DNA of 64,000 nucleotides, from the NCBI GenBank assembly GCA_051866635.1, contig JBJDXJ010000046.1, positions 1-64,000 of the forward strand. The letters run 5' to 3'. Shown here piece after piece: positions 61,180-64,000 of the stretch (the first letter of the stretch is position 1; each line of letters starts with the position of its first letter). The position numbers and the translations under genes are program-made. The DNA is from Clostridia bacterium (lineage in GTDB: Bacteria > Bacillota > Clostridia > UMGS1883). The notes beneath the pieces were generated by a model. The model made no database searches. It saw only the letters and a program-made list of their open reading frames with translations, and had not been told where the DNA came from.

Positions 61180-62397
61180 TTATTCCCTTATTTCTCCTGC
61201 CCATTTAAAGGCATATTTCGCAATTAACACAGCAATGATTTCATTTATAATAGCCGCCGCAACAATAGTGCCCGATATAACTGATGCTGAAGAAGGGTCT
61301 ACTCTGTTCAAGGTTGTTACCGCTATTCCCGTAAAAACAAGGGAAACACCTGAATGAGGCAAAAGTGTCAAACCAAGGTATTTTGTAACCGTGGGTTCTG
61401 CTTTTGTTATTTTTCCGCCCAGATACGCACCGCCTATTTTACCTAAAGCACGGGAAATAATATACGTTGCCGTAAACACCCCTGCTCCGGCAATAAGTCT
61501 GTAGTCCAAGGGCATACCCAGGTTGGCAATGACCACAACTAAAGAAAGGCTAAGCAAAGGGTTGTACAAAGACAATATGTTTTCGGTTTTATCTTCCGGC
61601 ATAAGATTAACCGCAGTTCCACTGTATGCCATACCAATCAGCAAATAATTAAGGGTAAATGAACCGTAAACTTTTAAATCTATTAAAAGTCCCATAGCTC
61701 CCGATAAAATCAAAAAGGAAACAAACACCATAAAGCAGGGAATTTTTTTGTTAATCCTATTAATTATAAACGATGCAATTATACCGCTTATAATACCGAT
61801 TACAAAGGGTATAACTACTATACCTATAACCGAAGCTAACGAGGTATTGGCATTTCCGCCTGTTCCTTCCACAATAGAAATCACCGTAAAGAACACAATC
61901 ACACCGATAACATCGTCAATTGCCGCCAAAGGGATAAGAGTGTTTGTTACCGCTCCACGTGTCTTGTACTCGTTCACAATGGACAATGCCGGTGCCGGAG
62001 CTGTTGCCAGAGCAATGCCGCCAAAAATAAAAGCGAGATACACAGGCAAACCACAAACTGCCAACACAACAGAAAATACAAGGCTTACGAATAAGAATGT
62101 TCCTATGGACTGAATAAAGGTTATCCCTATAATCTGTTTTCCCGAGGATGCAAGTTTTTTCAGTATTATTTCCCTGCCTATCATAACACCTGCAATGGCC
62201 TCAAAAAACTTAATTACAATTTTGTACCATACTGCATCAGTAATATCCAAAGTAACGACTTGTGCCAAATATGGTCCAAATACTATACCTGCAACAAGCC
62301 ATCCCAATATTGCCGGAAGATGCAGCTTAGCTGAAAGTTTTCCACATATTATTGCCGTACATATAAGTGCAAAAACTCTCAATATTGAAATAATCAT
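61180..62397 (-). CDS. Cation:proton antiporter (CPA family)
   Basis: ATAPAPA, AAIDD, LLPHSGVS; multi-TM; distant paralog of 37201-38493. Confidence 0.85.
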   Translation of the reverse strand: MIISILRVFALICTAIICGKLSAKLHLPAILGWLVAGIVFGPYLAQVVTLDITDAVWYKIVIKFFEAIAGVMIGREIILKKLASSGKQIIGITFIQSIGTFLFVSLVFSVVLAVCGLPVYLAFIFGGIALATAPAPALSIVNEYKTRGAVTNTLIPLAAIDDVIGVIVFFTVISIVEGTGGNANTSLASVIGIVVIPFVIGIISGIIASFIINRINKKIPCFMVFVSFLILSGAMGLLIDLKVYGSFTLNYLLIGMAYSGTAVNLMPEDKTENILSLYNPLLSLSLVVVIANLGMPLDYRLIAGAGVFTATYIISRALGKIGGAYLGGKITKAEPTVTKYLGLTLLPHSGVSLVFTGIAVTTLNRVDPSSASVISGTIVAAAIINEIIAVLIAKYAFKWAGEIRE

Positions 62398-62425
62398 AAT
62401 ACTTTCACCAGCTTTTTAACTACTT

Positions 62426-62986
62426 TTACTCTGTAACGTCTTCTCCCAACCAGTCGTAGTAGAAGTAGCCGTTATCATCATTTAATTCGTTAATATATTC
62501 ATTCCCGCTTTCGCCCTTGAAATAGAACACATCATTTTCAATCTGTTCTACCTCTACAATAGTGTCTTGAAACAGATTAAGCTGTCTGCCTTCAACCATA
62601 TCAATCTTATAGGTAATCATGTTTCCGACCTTATTGTCTTCGCTTTGGTAATAAATCCATCTGCCCTTTGCCCCAATAATTTCACCGTTGCCGAATTTAT
62701 GAATTTTCTTACCGTCTAAAGTAATCTGCATTGCACCGTCTGTGGTGTTAACATACAAATATTCACCAAGTGCGAAAAGGTTATAGTTTTTAATGTTGTC
62801 AAATTCACAGATAATTTCGTTATCCCGTGTGACATAGTTGTTTTCAATTGTGTATACACTGCCGCCTTTTGTTACCTGCCATGTACCATTGCCGATAATT
62901 TCTTCATTTTCGTCTAAGTTAACACCGCAAGATGCAAATGAAAGGCACAAACACATCATAAGAATTACAGATATAAATTTTTTCAC
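62426..62986 (-). CDS. Putative lipoprotein, beta-rich
   Basis: MKK + hydrophobic stretch + FASC lipobox. Confidence 0.7.
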   Translation of the reverse strand: MKKFISVILMMCLCLSFASCGVNLDENEEIIGNGTWQVTKGGSVYTIENNYVTRDNEIICEFDNIKNYNLFALGEYLYVNTTDGAMQITLDGKKIHKFGNGEIIGAKGRWIYYQSEDNKVGNMITYKIDMVEGRQLNLFQDTIVEVEQIENDVFYFKGESGNEYINELNDDNGYFYYDWLGEDVTE

Positions 62987-62990
62987 TCTA

Positions 62991-64000
62991 TTACCTCATT
63001 TCACCAATTGCCAAGTCCATTTCGCCCATGGCATCACCAAAGGCTGACCAATCGCCGTTTTTAAACGCACTTTGCATTTTATCATAAGCTTCAATAACCT
63101 TTTCTGCCGCAGATTGTGCAATCTCCACATCTGTATTTGTAACAGGAGGCGTAACTTCACCTGATGCATCAGAACCGAAAAGCACATTGAAACATTCATC
63201 CAAAGTTTCTCGCATTACAATTTGGTCGCCGTAGGATACTATTATACGCTTAACCTCTGGTACAGCCGCATTATTTGATGTTGTTATATATACAGGTTCA
63301 ACATAAATTATAGAATCTGCAATAGGTATAACAAGCACATTTCCTCTTAACACCTGACTTCCGCCCTGATTCCAAAGGGATAATTCCTTTGAAATATCAG
63401 CATCCGCATCAATACGGTTTTCAATATGAAGGGTACCGTAAACTGTTCTTCCCGAGGGGAATTTATAGCTTATAAGGTTGCCGTAACTGTCTGCCGCAAG
63501 CCATCCCACAAGATTTTCCTTATTTGCCGGCACAAAAGGCATCATAAGCACAAGCTGGGCACCGTCTCTGCCGAAATCTTCAACTGACAGAAGATTATAA
63601 TAAGGCTGAACATCAACGGCATTTTCGCCACGGTACTTTTCCTTTGCACGCATCCACAAATCGGAGTTTGAGTAGAATATTTCAGGGTCGTTCATATGAT
63701 AGCGAAGGTATACTTCACTTTGCAAGTTAAATATATATTCGGGATAGCGGATATGACTTTGTAAATCTTTCGGAAGTCCTCCCTTTTCAAATACGCCGGG
63801 ATATATCTTGTCATATGTCATAACCACACAATCGGTTTCATCAGTTATATAAACCTTGACTGTACCTTCGTATGCATCTACAACAGCCTTTGCACTGTTA
63901 CGGATATAATTTACACCACCGTAGTTTTTAGAATAGGGCATATTTCGTGAATATGTGTACAAATCAACAACCCATACAAGCTTGCCTTCATCTGTTATAA
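62991..64000 (-). CDS. UPF0182-family membrane protein (5' part outside window)
   Basis: NYIRNS.K.VVDAY.G.V, H.RYPE..F..Q, YHM..P..FY, RGN.LVIP, YVEPVY, PE.KR; frame stays open to the window edge. Confidence 0.9.
   Translation of the reverse strand, partial: ITDEGKLVWVVDLYTYSRNMPYSKNYGGVNYIRNSAKAVVDAYEGTVKVYITDETDCVVMTYDKIYPGVFEKGGLPKDLQSHIRYPEYIFNLQSEVYLRYHMNDPEIFYSNSDLWMRAKEKYRGENAVDVQPYYNLLSVEDFGRDGAQLVLMMPFVPANKENLVGWLAADSYGNLISYKFPSGRTVYGTLHIENRIDADADISKELSLWNQGGSQVLRGNVLVIPIADSIIYVEPVYITTSNNAAVPEVKRIIVSYGDQIVMRETLDECFNVLFGSDASGEVTPPVTNTDVEIAQSAAEKVIEAYDKMQSAFKNGDWSAFGDAMGEMDLAIGEMR

Overview
A 64 kb low-GC chromosomal window from a Clostridia-like Firmicute (SLH proteins, fused PurL, Firmicute-type tRNA-Ile2; taxon inferred, not searched). 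It is mostly housekeeping: pgk-tpiA-gpmI, ftsK-ygiQ-folD, purL, serC-serA, a tandem glycine riboswitch plus AGCS symporter, prmC, secA-prfB, t6A genes, nrdD-nrdG-dut with NrdR boxes, and tRNA-Asn/tRNA-Ile2. Accessory pieces include two envelope-glycosylation modules (LicD-flippase-GpsA; GtrB/A/C-like), an ABC-DUF1854-ABC-VOC operon, a mazEF islet and gene remnants. No CRISPR array, rRNA, intact transposase, integrase or reverse transcriptase was seen. The most unusual signals are: (1) a non-coding element on the tRNA-Ile2 tail with direct and inverted copies of the tRNA 3' end, next to an array of cGNAg/cGNNAg mini-hairpins spaced by ATTTCAC; (2) three families of highly structured MITE-like inserts with related AGACTGT-type ends, sitting at hairpins; (3) a membrane-anchored TPR protein with a phage-tail/DGR-target-like C-type lectin domain ending a polysaccharide operon; (4) a zinc-knuckle ABC exporter pair with DUF1854; (5) a desulforedoxin-BFD fusion behind fprA. 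All family assignments come from motif recognition by eye.
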